A stretch of DNA of 64,000 nt from Staphylococcus phage vB_StaM_PB50, in the sequence record OR770614.1. One strand, written 5' to 3'. How positions within the stretch are numbered: the stretch's first letter is position 1; every line of letters starts with the position of its first letter. This document shows, one piece after another, positions 1 to 10,184 of the stretch. The translations under genes were made by a program, and so were the position numbers. The notes under the pieces were generated by a model. The model was not told the DNA's origin, searched no databases, and saw only the letters and a list, made by a program, of their open reading frames with translations.

Positions 1-327
1 TTATAAATATGTGTAGACTATATTAATCTTATAATAAGATCAATACACCCAAATATAACAGTACGACTTTTTGATTTTAATTAATAATCTTTTTTATTTA
101 ACTCATTTTGTCTACAATTAGCATTTATTTCCTATTCGATAACTGGGAGGTCCCAGACCTTCTGCTCTTTAATTATAAGGGTGAATTAAAGAGTCAGGCA
201 TATTTATAGACTAGTTATAAGAGCGAAGAAAGATGACATTCTCTCTTCCATTATTATAATATAAATTTAAAAATTAAATTAAAATAATAAATGTGCTTTA
301 ACATGTACTTATTAAAATTTTAAGAAA

Positions 328-1317
328 ATGAATGGTGGTGAAGAAAGATTGGCTGAAGATGATAAAAGCTTAGAAACTTCTTTTAAGGAAGAACTTAAAA
401 AAGAAGGTAATGTAAAAGAAATAGAATCCTTTAACCCTTATAGAATGAAGGATAAAAATTCAGAAATATTTAATAAAGGATTACCTTATATTTTCTTTAC
501 TGCTCCTCGTTTAAATTTAGTAGATGGTAATATAAATAGAGATAGTTTCTTTTCATATCTTAAAAGTGTTAAACCAAAATTATTAGAAACTTTAAATTTT
601 AGTAATTTAAATGCTATAAGTTCAGGTAAACCTTTTATTCCAATCCTTTCAAATAGATTTATGGGTATATCTATACCTGATACACAAACTACAATGAAAG
701 AATTCCATGAAACATTCTATGGATATAAACAACACTTACCGGTAGGAACAGTTAACTCAATTGCCGGTGGAGAAATTGCTGTTGACTTTGAAGAAAATAA
801 AAATATAGATATTATACATTTAATAAAAGCTTGGAGCGAATATATTGAAGGAGTTACTAGAGGTTACATGTATCCTTCAGATGATGCTAAAGATAAACGC
901 TATATAGATTATACTAGTTCTATATATTATTTCTTATTAGATTTTGATGGTGAAACTGTATTACATTACTCTAAATACACAGGATGTTTTCCTATTAATG
1001 TACCGTATGATATATTCTCTCAAAATGTTGGTGAAGATGTAGACGTTCCACATGTATCAGTTAACTTTGCTTATTCGTATAAAGAAGATATGAATCCAGA
1101 TACTTTAGTTGATTTTAATACAGTATCAACAATGGGAAGTTCAGTTGCAAATGCTTCAGGTGCTTCTCCTATAAGAGCTAATATAAATGCAGTAACAATG
1201 GGTGTTAAACTTAAATACGATGAAATGTATCCTATTAATACAGGTAATCCTTATATTGCGATGGGATCAAGAAGTGAAGATGGATCACAAAATAAATATA
1301 GATTAAGATTTTTATAA
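328..1317 (+). CDS. hypothetical protein (possible virion structural protein)
   Basis: Long ORF with coding-like composition; first in a + strand block with two further large ORFs; no motif recognised. Confidence 0.5.
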   Translation: MNGGEERLAEDDKSLETSFKEELKKEGNVKEIESFNPYRMKDKNSEIFNKGLPYIFFTAPRLNLVDGNINRDSFFSYLKSVKPKLLETLNFSNLNAISSGKPFIPILSNRFMGISIPDTQTTMKEFHETFYGYKQHLPVGTVNSIAGGEIAVDFEENKNIDIIHLIKAWSEYIEGVTRGYMYPSDDAKDKRYIDYTSSIYYFLLDFDGETVLHYSKYTGCFPINVPYDIFSQNVGEDVDVPHVSVNFAYSYKEDMNPDTLVDFNTVSTMGSSVANASGASPIRANINAVTMGVKLKYDEMYPINTGNPYIAMGSRSEDGSQNKYRLRFL

Positions 1318-1340
1318 GAAAGTGAGTTGAAATTAATAAA

Positions 1341-4331
1341 ATGGCTATAACACAGTATTTCTCTAACGAACAAGAGAAATTAGATTTTTTAAATAATGCT
1401 AAGATAGATACGGATAGTGTTATTAAAATAGGAAGTACTTCATATGATGTTAAAGAAAAATGGTTTAATATGGCTAGTAAATTCTTTGAAATTGATACTG
1501 AAAATACTCCTATTGATGATAATGAAAATGAAGAACTTATTAGTTTGCTTAAAGCAGGCTTATTTGGTTATATTAATGAAATTAATTCTCATGAAGTTAA
1601 AAATGCTATTTATCACAGAAATGTTTTGTATGATGAATTATTCTTAAATACAGCATCAATACCGATGTCAATTTATAACTTTGCTAAATTATATAACGTA
1701 CCTATTCAAATGGCTACTCCTGCTAATTTTAAAGTAGATTTAGTAGTTAGAAAAGAGGATATATTAAAACTTCCAACTAAAGAGATTATATCCACTAAAA
1801 CTATTGATAAGGAAAAATCTTTAAAAACATATGAAGCAACTATATCTAAAAAACAAGATTTCACTATAGGTAACTTTAAATATAGCTTACCTTATGATGT
1901 TTCTATTATATTAAAACAATATCCAGTTACTAAAGATGGTAAAGAATTAATTGATTATAAAATATCAGCTAATTATAATATAGATAACAACTTATTTAAA
2001 TTCTCATCTATACTAGACAATAATGTTAAAGTAACTAAAAATATTTCTAATGGAATAGATTATTTATTCTTTAGTCTAGATCTATATCAAATTGATAGAG
2101 TTGAAAAAGAATTTAATATTACAAGTAATGATATTGCAGAAAATATTTATCTAGATAGTAGTTATGAAGGTCAATTAGCCGGGTTTAATGTATTTTATGA
2201 ATATATGGGTGAAAGAATCCCTATGGAAACTTATTTCAATAATACATTTACTCCAGATACAGATAATCCTTTCTGTTATTATAATTTTAAAGAGGAAAAT
2301 AAATTAGAAATATCTTTCTCTAATATTGCTAATTCATTTAGACCTAAAGCAAATAGTAGAGTTATAATTGAAACTTTAACTACTAGAGGTGAACAAGGTA
2401 ACTTTAATTATAATGATACATTAAATGTATCATTAGAATCTGGAGTTAGTACATTTGAAAAAATACCTGTTACAGTATTACCTAAAGGAAATTCTGTTAA
2501 CGGTAGAAATAAACCTACAGTAAACTCAGAGAAAAGACGTATTATTAATAAAGCTATAACTAGAGATAATATTATTACAGATTTTGATATTAAAAATTAT
2601 TTTAATGAAGTTAATGATAGTAATAATATTAATAATTCATTTATTAATTTCGTTAAGAAACGTAATGATCTATATACACGTATGTATAATGCATTCTTAT
2701 TATTAAGAGATAGTGATAATAAGGTTATGCCTACAAACACTGCACCTTATTTAGATTTCCCTAAAGAATATTTTATTGGAAATACATCTCTAGGAAATGA
2801 AGAAGACGGTTATGTTATTCCAGAAAATAGTCTATTTAAATACGATCATGAAGAAAAAGAATATATCCATATACCTGATGGTTTAGATGATAAAGATGAA
2901 AAAGAAAAATTTGAAAAAGATAAGGATTCTTTATATTATGTAAATCCTTTCTTAATCAAGATTAATAAGTATCCTTTCTTATCTTCCAACTATTATAAAC
3001 TTCATGTAAATGATTTATTCTCAACTGAATATAAATACATTAATGATTTAATACCTAGTAATATAACTACAACTGATTTATATGTAGAAAAATTAAATGA
3101 TTTCAAAAATACATTAGAGTCAGATACATTTAAATTTAGTGTAGAAATTGGTATGGATACATCATTACAAGAAATGAAAGATTTATTAAGTGTTAGAGCA
3201 GTTCTATTATCTCAAGAAACTGGAGAGAAGTATGGTTACTTTGAATTAAAACCAGAAGAAAATATTGAATCTGAAAATAATATTATTGATGACAGTGATA
3301 GTAGTGTTGATAAATCTTCACTATATACAGGTATGATATCTACAAATAGATCTTTCCATGAAGGAAAACTAGCAATCACAGATTCATTATATGATTCAAA
3401 AGGTATTGTACAAGATAATGTATTTATAGATGAGAAATTTGTAGTCAAAATTGGAATTATGTATAAAGATGAAGATATGAGATATTTTAATGAATTAGAT
3501 TATTCTGATGAAATGAATTTCTTTAAAGATGCTTTTCCTAATCATGAAGATAATGAAATTAATGACTATACATTAGCTTGTTCTATGGAAACTTTTGAAG
3601 GAGTATCTATCTATAAAGATATGTCAAATGTAATGAATAGTACAATATCCATGGATGATTCTAAATGTAGAGTGGAATTAATACCAATGTTTTCATTAGG
3701 TTACTTTATGAATAATTATGAAGAAGTATATAAAGTATTAGATGGTTATAAAGGTATACTAGAAGATGCTATTCCTAGATTACAAAATAATACTAGTATA
3801 GATATGAAACTGTATAATACAAAAGGTCCTTCTAATAATTATTATTTAGATACTAAATTAAATGATGATAATGTAGAAAATAAATATATTTCTAGAACTG
3901 ATATATTACTAGATCTAAATATAACATTATATGCTCCAATTAATGATTTCTTAGATAAAGAAATTAAAAGATATATATCAGATTTTATTGAAGCATGTAA
4001 TGAAAATGGTATTATACCTATATCTAATTTAATAAGATTATTAGAACAAAATTTTGATATTATTAAATATATTGTATTTAATGGAATTTCAGGTAAATAT
4101 GCAGAGAAAGTTGATAATCACTATCAAAAACTTCTTAACACTAATTTAGGTTATAATGATCTAAATAAACAAGAAATTATCGAATATGTTCCAGAATATA
4201 TAAATATTAAAAAGAATCTTAGAGAAAATAAAGTAGAAATTGAAAATGAAGATAATTCAACAGGAACTACAGTTATAGATTTAGGATTAACTTATGATGA
4301 TGTTGTAAATGTTACTTATTCAGTTTCTTAA
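1341..4331 (+). CDS. large hypothetical protein, 996 aa (possible structural protein)
   Basis: Uninterrupted 3 kb ORF, N/D/K/E-rich; no catalytic motif recognised; the internal 1444..1647 ORF is an alternate-frame artefact. Confidence 0.55.
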   Translation: MAITQYFSNEQEKLDFLNNAKIDTDSVIKIGSTSYDVKEKWFNMASKFFEIDTENTPIDDNENEELISLLKAGLFGYINEINSHEVKNAIYHRNVLYDELFLNTASIPMSIYNFAKLYNVPIQMATPANFKVDLVVRKEDILKLPTKEIISTKTIDKEKSLKTYEATISKKQDFTIGNFKYSLPYDVSIILKQYPVTKDGKELIDYKISANYNIDNNLFKFSSILDNNVKVTKNISNGIDYLFFSLDLYQIDRVEKEFNITSNDIAENIYLDSSYEGQLAGFNVFYEYMGERIPMETYFNNTFTPDTDNPFCYYNFKEENKLEISFSNIANSFRPKANSRVIIETLTTRGEQGNFNYNDTLNVSLESGVSTFEKIPVTVLPKGNSVNGRNKPTVNSEKRRIINKAITRDNIITDFDIKNYFNEVNDSNNINNSFINFVKKRNDLYTRMYNAFLLLRDSDNKVMPTNTAPYLDFPKEYFIGNTSLGNEEDGYVIPENSLFKYDHEEKEYIHIPDGLDDKDEKEKFEKDKDSLYYVNPFLIKINKYPFLSSNYYKLHVNDLFSTEYKYINDLIPSNITTTDLYVEKLNDFKNTLESDTFKFSVEIGMDTSLQEMKDLLSVRAVLLSQETGEKYGYFELKPEENIESENNIIDDSDSSVDKSSLYTGMISTNRSFHEGKLAITDSLYDSKGIVQDNVFIDEKFVVKIGIMYKDEDMRYFNELDYSDEMNFFKDAFPNHEDNEINDYTLACSMETFEGVSIYKDMSNVMNSTISMDDSKCRVELIPMFSLGYFMNNYEEVYKVLDGYKGILEDAIPRLQNNTSIDMKLYNTKGPSNNYYLDTKLNDDNVENKYISRTDILLDLNITLYAPINDFLDKEIKRYISDFIEACNENGIIPISNLIRLLEQNFDIIKYIVFNGISGKYAEKVDNHYQKLLNTNLGYNDLNKQEIIEYVPEYINIKKNLRENKVEIENEDNSTGTTVIDLGLTYDDVVNVTYSVS

Positions 4332-4359
4332 TATAAAATAAAAAGGAGAATTTAAACTT

Positions 4360-5340
4360 ATGTCTAAACCATTCATCTCAAAATATCGTCAAAGTCAAGC
4401 TGACTTAAATAAAAAAGCTAATAAAGCTTTAGAACAAAAGAAATACAACGATATGGTTAATGAAGAATTACAAGTTTCAAAAGAAAAAGATTTAATTTCA
4501 GGAAGAAATAACCAAATCAAGGCTACAAATAAAAGAGCTATAGATAACGCTAAAAATAAAAATGATAGAGATTTATTATCATTAAATACTCAAACTATCA
4601 TGACTACTTTATTCTCAGCATTAGTATTTAATACTTTCCCTAACAAAATTGCTGATAAAAGTAAATTACGTGACCATATTGTAAATAAGAGTCGTGTTTT
4701 CTTTAATGAAGCAATTGATGCTGAATTGGCTGATTATCAAGGTAGTGAAGTATTTAAAAATGCAAAATTCAATGCTGCAACTTATGCTAAAGATGCTCAT
4801 GGAGTTATTGATCCTAAAGACTCAATTAAAGGAGCTAAAGTAGTTTATAAAAAAGGTAGTACTGAATTTGACTACTTAGTAAATGTAGTTGCTAAGAAAA
4901 TTGAATCTGCAGTAATCAGAGAATCAGAACTAGTTGAAGTACGTGAAAAATTAAATGAAGGTATTGCTGATACTCATAAAAAACAAAGTAAAACATTTTT
5001 CCGTACATTACATGAAATGGCAATTAATGATATTGTAAATAATGAAGAATATCTTAAAGAAGAAATTTCTGCTGAAGAAGTTAATATGAATGCGTTAACT
5101 GAAGCTGTTTTAGACTATACTATTATGGAATTAGTTCATACAGCTAAATTAAGTACATTTGATATGTCAGAAGTTCAAAAATCTATTAAAAATGGATCAT
5201 TGAAAGTTAATACATCTCAATCTTCTAAAGTAAATCCTGAGAATGGTTCTACTAAACCATCTGGTGATGGTGTAAAACCTAGAGTTAGAGATAATGAAAA
5301 TAAACCAAAATCAGGAAAAGTTCAATTAAACGAAGAATAA
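4360..5340 (+). CDS. hypothetical protein
   Basis: ORF preceded by strong SD AAAGGAG 8 nt upstream; followed by a conserved terminator hairpin. Confidence 0.6.
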   Translation: MSKPFISKYRQSQADLNKKANKALEQKKYNDMVNEELQVSKEKDLISGRNNQIKATNKRAIDNAKNKNDRDLLSLNTQTIMTTLFSALVFNTFPNKIADKSKLRDHIVNKSRVFFNEAIDAELADYQGSEVFKNAKFNAATYAKDAHGVIDPKDSIKGAKVVYKKGSTEFDYLVNVVAKKIESAVIRESELVEVREKLNEGIADTHKKQSKTFFRTLHEMAINDIVNNEEYLKEEISAEEVNMNALTEAVLDYTIMELVHTAKLSTFDMSEVQKSIKNGSLKVNTSQSSKVNPENGSTKPSGDGVKPRVRDNENKPKSGKVQLNEE

Positions 5341-5357
5341 AAAAAATAATAAAATTT

Positions 5358-5387
5358 CCCCAATACCTATTAATTTAGGTATTGGGG
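5358..5387. terminator. bidirectional rho-independent terminator hairpin (CCCCAATACCT-loop-AGGTATTGGGG), member of a conserved family
   Basis: Perfect 11-bp inverted repeat between convergent genes, flanked by A-run and T-run. Confidence 0.7.
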
Positions 5388-5396
5388 ATTATATTT

Positions 5397-5867
5397 TTAA
5401 ATAGATTTTTGATAGTCATTTCTTTCTTTTACATATAGTGTTAATTTGTAGTACATTATATCTAATATGATATTTGGTAATTCTTCATTGTCATAAACTT
5501 TATAGAGTTTTTTCTTAAAGTCTTCAGATATATAATTCATGTATCTATTATAAACATCTTCTAGTATTGTATTCTTTCTTTGTTCCGTAATACTTACATT
5601 AGAAAATTTCATAGATGGATTTTCTAAATATACATCTAGATATATTTCTTCTATTGTTATATCATAAGTAGGTTTTAAGAAGTTATCAATAGAATAATCT
5701 AAATCATCAATGATACTTTTACCATCAAATTTGTCTTCCATGTCTTTTACTTTATATTGAAGTTGATTAATATTCTTTAAGCTTTGCTTATATTTATAAT
5801 AATAATGCCCTATGAATATACCTAGAAGTACACATATAAATATTAAAGCTGTAACTAAAAACCACAT
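5397..5867 (-). CDS. small membrane protein (N-terminal TM helix)
   Basis: N-terminus MWFLVTALIFICVLLGIFIGHYYY is hydrophobic; rest is a soluble domain. Confidence 0.5.
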   Translation of the reverse strand: MWFLVTALIFICVLLGIFIGHYYYKYKQSLKNINQLQYKVKDMEDKFDGKSIIDDLDYSIDNFLKPTYDITIEEIYLDVYLENPSMKFSNVSITEQRKNTILEDVYNRYMNYISEDFKKKLYKVYDNEELPNIILDIMYYKLTLYVKERNDYQKSI

Positions 5868-5906
5868 TTATTTCACTTCCTTTTTATTTTTAATTCTAAT
5901 TTTTCA

Positions 5907-6461
5907 TTACAGTTCATCATCCTTAATTCTAATGAAGTTAACATTATTCTCTATTAATAAATCCATAACAGGTTCATAATCATCATAGAGTTCATTAAAG
6001 TAAACTGTTTTTATTCCTGAAGCTATGATATTCTTAGCACAATTGTAACATGGTGAATGTGTGCAATATAAATCAAGTCCTTCTGTAGATATTCCTTTTT
6101 TACTCATCTTAGTCAATGCATTTATTTCTGCATGAACTTCATTAAGTAATGACCATTTATGATGGAGTTCTTGATCTTTGCATTTCATTAACTCATCTCC
6201 ATTAATTTCATACCAAATATTATCTTTTTTCTTAAATATTTCATTACAATTAACTTTACCCGGAAATGATCCATTTACTCCTATAGAATATATTGAAGAA
6301 TTATCTGCAATAATTGCACTAACTTTTTTAGCTGCACATTTACTTAATTTAGAAGCTTCTTTACAGTATTTCATACATAATATGTTCCATTTATTAATTT
6401 CATAAAAATCATTAAATTCATTATCGTTAAAATCTATTTTTGTAGCCATAATTAAATTCAT
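5907..6461 (-). CDS. deoxycytidylate (dCMP) deaminase, cytidine/deoxycytidylate deaminase fold
   Basis: Zinc-binding motifs HAEINAL and SPCYNCAKNI (H-A-E ... P-C-x-x-C) typical of dCMP deaminases. Confidence 0.8.
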   Translation of the reverse strand: MNLIMATKIDFNDNEFNDFYEINKWNILCMKYCKEASKLSKCAAKKVSAIIADNSSIYSIGVNGSFPGKVNCNEIFKKKDNIWYEINGDELMKCKDQELHHKWSLLNEVHAEINALTKMSKKGISTEGLDLYCTHSPCYNCAKNIIASGIKTVYFNELYDDYEPVMDLLIENNVNFIRIKDDEL

Positions 6462-6470
6462 AAACTCCTT

Positions 6471-7082
6471 TTATTTTAAATTATTAACAAATTCAGTTAT
6501 TTTCTCTATAATATAATCATATGAATAAGCTTCATCATTATTTTCATAAGCAAGTAATTTTCCTTTATTTGCATATTCATCAGCTATTTCATTATATTTT
6601 GAATCTTGATCAATTGATTTATTATGTCCTTTTGTCCATGATAAATTTATATTAAACTTCATTCCTAAATTATGTTTTATATCATCCACTAATAACCATA
6701 ATTCTTTATTTTTTATAGGAGTTCCTGTATTTGTTAACCAACCATTTTCTGACCATTTTAAGAGATATTTATTAAAACCATCAACAACATATCTAGAATC
6801 AGTTTTAATATTTATATTCAATTTTCTATCACCCTTATAAGTTTCTATAGCAAATAGAGCAGAAAATATAAATGATAGTATTTCTAAATTGTTATTAGTT
6901 AATTTTTCATCCATTACCGGTATTCCCATAGACTCAAAAGGTCTATTTTCTTCAGGTAAATATATACCTAGTCCACCATATTTAGTTCCTTTAGATTTAA
7001 CACCTTTTATTGCACCATCACAATATATTGTTACTTTATTACTATTTTCATTTAAATATTTCTTAAAGTCTATCAAATTCAT
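6471..7082 (-). CDS. rnhA: ribonuclease HI
   Basis: RNase H type 1 motifs: YCDGA near the N-terminus, TDS, WxxGH...N..AD.LA near the C-terminus. Confidence 0.8.
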   Translation of the reverse strand: MNLIDFKKYLNENSNKVTIYCDGAIKGVKSKGTKYGGLGIYLPEENRPFESMGIPVMDEKLTNNNLEILSFIFSALFAIETYKGDRKLNINIKTDSRYVVDGFNKYLLKWSENGWLTNTGTPIKNKELWLLVDDIKHNLGMKFNINLSWTKGHNKSIDQDSKYNEIADEYANKGKLLAYENNDEAYSYDYIIEKITEFVNNLK

Positions 7083-7184
7083 ACACCGTCCTAGAATTTA
7101 TAAAAAAAAAAAATAAATGAAGAGAGATTTAATCTCTCTTCATCCTTTATATAATTAAAAAGTTTTCATCATTTATTAATTTTA

Positions 7185-9254
7185 TTAAACCATAAATGAA
7201 TCTAAAACTTCTTCATCTAAAGAATTGATATCAGTTTTCTCACCAGCAATTAAATTTACTAAATCTTCATCACTATCTAAATCTTTATTAGTAACTTTAA
7301 TTCTGATATCTTCTAAAGTATCTGTTCCTTCAAGAACATCAATATAATCACTAACAAATTGAACTTCACCATCAATATTAGTAACTTTAATAGTGTGACT
7401 ATCAGAGAACTCTACACTATCTACAAAAGCAAATTTAGTATTATCATTAATTAACTTGTTGATAAATAATTTACGTTTAGCAATTTCTAATTCAATATCA
7501 CCTTTACGAATTTTATCAATTCTATGTGTAGCTCCTGCATATTTAAATGATACATCCTTAGTGAATTTATTTTCTTTAATAATTTGGTATGTCATATTTA
7601 ATTTCTCCTCTTTTTTATCATTTTTAGTTTCTTCTACATGTTCTATAGTAGTTTCTTTTGATTTAATTTCTTCTTGTACTTCTTTCAATTCATCTTCATT
7701 ATTAATTTCAATAATACTTTCTTTAGGTTTAGAAATTGCATATTTTCCTTCAATTATATTTTGATATTGATTGGTAAATGCATCAACGTAATTTTTATCT
7801 TCATTGAATATTGCCTTTAATGAAGATTCTAAACTTAGTTTTAGATTTGTATATCTAGTTGAAGATGTTTTAATACGTTTACTACTATCAAATATATCTT
7901 TTCTTGAAGTGAAGACATCTTTAATATCTTCATTAAAATCAGTGTTATTATTTTCAAAAGTAATGAATTTCATTAATTTTATAACATTGAAATCATCAAG
8001 TTTTATAGTTTGATTACTTGACTGTATATATTCAAATAAGAAGTTATTGAATAAAGTATAACCTACTATATGAGTGCTAGTACTTGATGTTTCTAATATA
8101 TTCATTTTTAATGGATACTCATTTTTCTTCTTCTTAATATAACCACGTTTATTTTCTGAATTCAATAAATATGATTTTGATGTGAATTCATTAACATTAC
8201 CTTTAGAATATATTCCTGAATAAACCCCTTGAAGAAGTTCAAAAGTAAATCTCTTTAAAGTATTTTCAATATTTTCTATACCTAAGAAACTTAAGAATAA
8301 ATCATATATCAATGTCTCTCTAATAGGATGGTCATAACTAACTGATAAGAAACGTTGTCTAAATGGATTGAAATACAAATTTTCTCTAGTTAAGATACTT
8401 GTATCTCTTATCTTTTGTTCTTTTCCATTTGTGCATATAAATAAATCTACTCTAGTATCATCTCTTACATCGCTTACTTTTGGAATATTGAATAATGGAT
8501 TACTAGCGAAATAATAATCTGAACGTTGACTAAATGTAAACACTTCAGAATATGTTCTCTGTGAAAATATATCATTTCTTTCAATCTTTTCAATTAATTT
8601 ACCTTCTTTACTTCTAACATTTAGGTTAGCATCCATTAGTAAATCAAAATAATTAATTGCATCATAAGATTTATTTAATAGTTCCTCACTGTTTAGTGAG
8701 ATTAAATAACTACCTAAATTGTCTACACTTAATTCTTTATACGCTGTCATAATAGAATCTTTATTAATTTCAGCAATTAAATCGTATAATGTATTTCTTT
8801 CATAATTACCAAAACTGCTTAGTTTTTTATGGAAACTAAAATTTCCAGTTTTATAAAATTTATAAATCATTAAATTGTCAATTATACTTGATTTGACAAA
8901 TTTTAATAATGCATCTACATTTACATCGCTGTGTTTATCTTTAATATTCATTTTTGGACCATATACTCTAGTAACAAAAGGAATATTATCAATTGAATAA
9001 ATGATAAAAATATTTCTAGATTCTTCATTATTATCATTAGAAATAAATCTAAACATTGTATCTGTTATTTTATTTTCTTTCATAATATTAATAACACCAT
9101 CAAAAAGATTATCTACATTATTTACATAATCTTTATCATTTATCATTTTAGATGATTGATTAACATCCATTTCTTTCTTAAACCAACGTTTAACCTCTTT
9201 TAAACTGATATTACCTTCTGACAAATTGTTTTTCTTTAGTATTATTCTACTCAT
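7185..9254 (-). CDS. hypothetical protein, 689 aa
   Basis: Long ORF, no motif recognised. Confidence 0.5.
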   Translation of the reverse strand: MSRIILKKNNLSEGNISLKEVKRWFKKEMDVNQSSKMINDKDYVNNVDNLFDGVINIMKENKITDTMFRFISNDNNEESRNIFIIYSIDNIPFVTRVYGPKMNIKDKHSDVNVDALLKFVKSSIIDNLMIYKFYKTGNFSFHKKLSSFGNYERNTLYDLIAEINKDSIMTAYKELSVDNLGSYLISLNSEELLNKSYDAINYFDLLMDANLNVRSKEGKLIEKIERNDIFSQRTYSEVFTFSQRSDYYFASNPLFNIPKVSDVRDDTRVDLFICTNGKEQKIRDTSILTRENLYFNPFRQRFLSVSYDHPIRETLIYDLFLSFLGIENIENTLKRFTFELLQGVYSGIYSKGNVNEFTSKSYLLNSENKRGYIKKKKNEYPLKMNILETSSTSTHIVGYTLFNNFLFEYIQSSNQTIKLDDFNVIKLMKFITFENNNTDFNEDIKDVFTSRKDIFDSSKRIKTSSTRYTNLKLSLESSLKAIFNEDKNYVDAFTNQYQNIIEGKYAISKPKESIIEINNEDELKEVQEEIKSKETTIEHVEETKNDKKEEKLNMTYQIIKENKFTKDVSFKYAGATHRIDKIRKGDIELEIAKRKLFINKLINDNTKFAFVDSVEFSDSHTIKVTNIDGEVQFVSDYIDVLEGTDTLEDIRIKVTNKDLDSDEDLVNLIAGEKTDINSLDEEVLDSFMV

Positions 9255-9432
9255 ATCCGATTCACTCTCCTAGTGTAATTTTTATGAAATACTATTAGCT
9301 AATTAGTACTTCATTTTTATAATATATATTTAAAAATTGATATAAAACGGTAATATAAAATTCATGTAGTTTAAAATATTATGGTAACATATTATTATAA
9401 TAATACAAATAAAACTATCTAGAAAGAAGGTC

Positions 9433-10125
9433 ATGAAATCTATGCAAATGCCAAAAGTAGATAAAAAAGACCTGCCAAAATTAATAGAAACAATAGAGTT
9501 AAATGTAGATGAAACTAAAAAATTTGATATGTACAATACTGAAGACGAAATCAAGTCTGAAGAGACTTTTAATAAATATGTAGAAAAAATAATTAGAAGC
9601 TCATTTGAATATAAATCATTTATTAAAGCTTTGAAAACTGAAATGGATCTAACTAAATGTAAATTTATTCCAGAGGTAGATATAAATGATGATAAAAAGC
9701 TTACTATTGAGATGCATCACTACCCACTTTCATTGTATGACATCGTCTCTAGCTATCGTGAAAAATTAAAAACTAATTATGAATATAAAAAATCATATGA
9801 AAGTTTTACTGTAGCTGAAGATGTTATCAAAATGCATTTTGAAGGTAATATAGGTATTGTACCATTATCATATACTGCACATGAACTAGCTCATAATGGT
9901 GATCTTTTCATTCCATTAAATGAGGAATTTGTTTTTGGTAATTTTGAAGGTCTTTTTAATCAGATTGAGTTAGAAGCTCCTTTAGAAAATAAAATAGAAG
10001 CAGTTAAGAAAATGACTAAGAAATATGAAGAAGATCCTTCTTTATATGAGTCAGAGGTTCTTGATAAAGTTAAAACTGAAATCAAGATGAAGAATGAAGT
10101 TAAACCAAATAAGATAATACAATAA
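9433..10125 (+). CDS. hypothetical protein
   Basis: ORF with coding-like composition followed by a conserved terminator hairpin. Confidence 0.5.
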   Translation: MKSMQMPKVDKKDLPKLIETIELNVDETKKFDMYNTEDEIKSEETFNKYVEKIIRSSFEYKSFIKALKTEMDLTKCKFIPEVDINDDKKLTIEMHHYPLSLYDIVSSYREKLKTNYEYKKSYESFTVAEDVIKMHFEGNIGIVPLSYTAHELAHNGDLFIPLNEEFVFGNFEGLFNQIELEAPLENKIEAVKKMTKKYEEDPSLYESEVLDKVKTEIKMKNEVKPNKIIQ

Positions 10126-10144
10126 AAAAAAAAATAATAAAATT

Positions 10145-10172
10145 CCTCTAACCTAAATTAATAGGTTAGGGG
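10145..10172. terminator. bidirectional terminator hairpin (CCTCTAACCT-loop-AGGTTAGGGG)
   Basis: Inverted repeat between convergent genes, A/T-rich flanks. Confidence 0.65.
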
Positions 10173-10184
10173 ATATATTTTTAA

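Noticed and set aside
1444-1647. Small ORFs inside or antisense to large genes (1444..1647, 3236..3448, 6178..6405, 6889..7116, 7456..7764, 7804..8013, 11392..11607, 11746..11931, 16235..16495, 18062..18247, 20725..20952, 26583..26825, 27647..27838, 27868..28056, 30870..31058, 31527..31727, 32886..33110, 33651..33848, 35119..35331, 38085..38342, 48907..49107, 49180..49362, 53320..53520, 54460..54654, 55875..56069)
   Set aside because: All are embedded in or opposite to longer ORFs with clear homology or coding-like composition, and they have Leu/Ile/Ser/Phe-rich amino acid content typical of alternate-frame artefacts in AT-rich DNA.
9330-9554. 74-aa minus-strand ORF upstream of the 9433 gene
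   Set aside because: Overlaps the start of the 9433..10125 ORF and an AT-rich promoter region; hydrophobic artefact-like composition.
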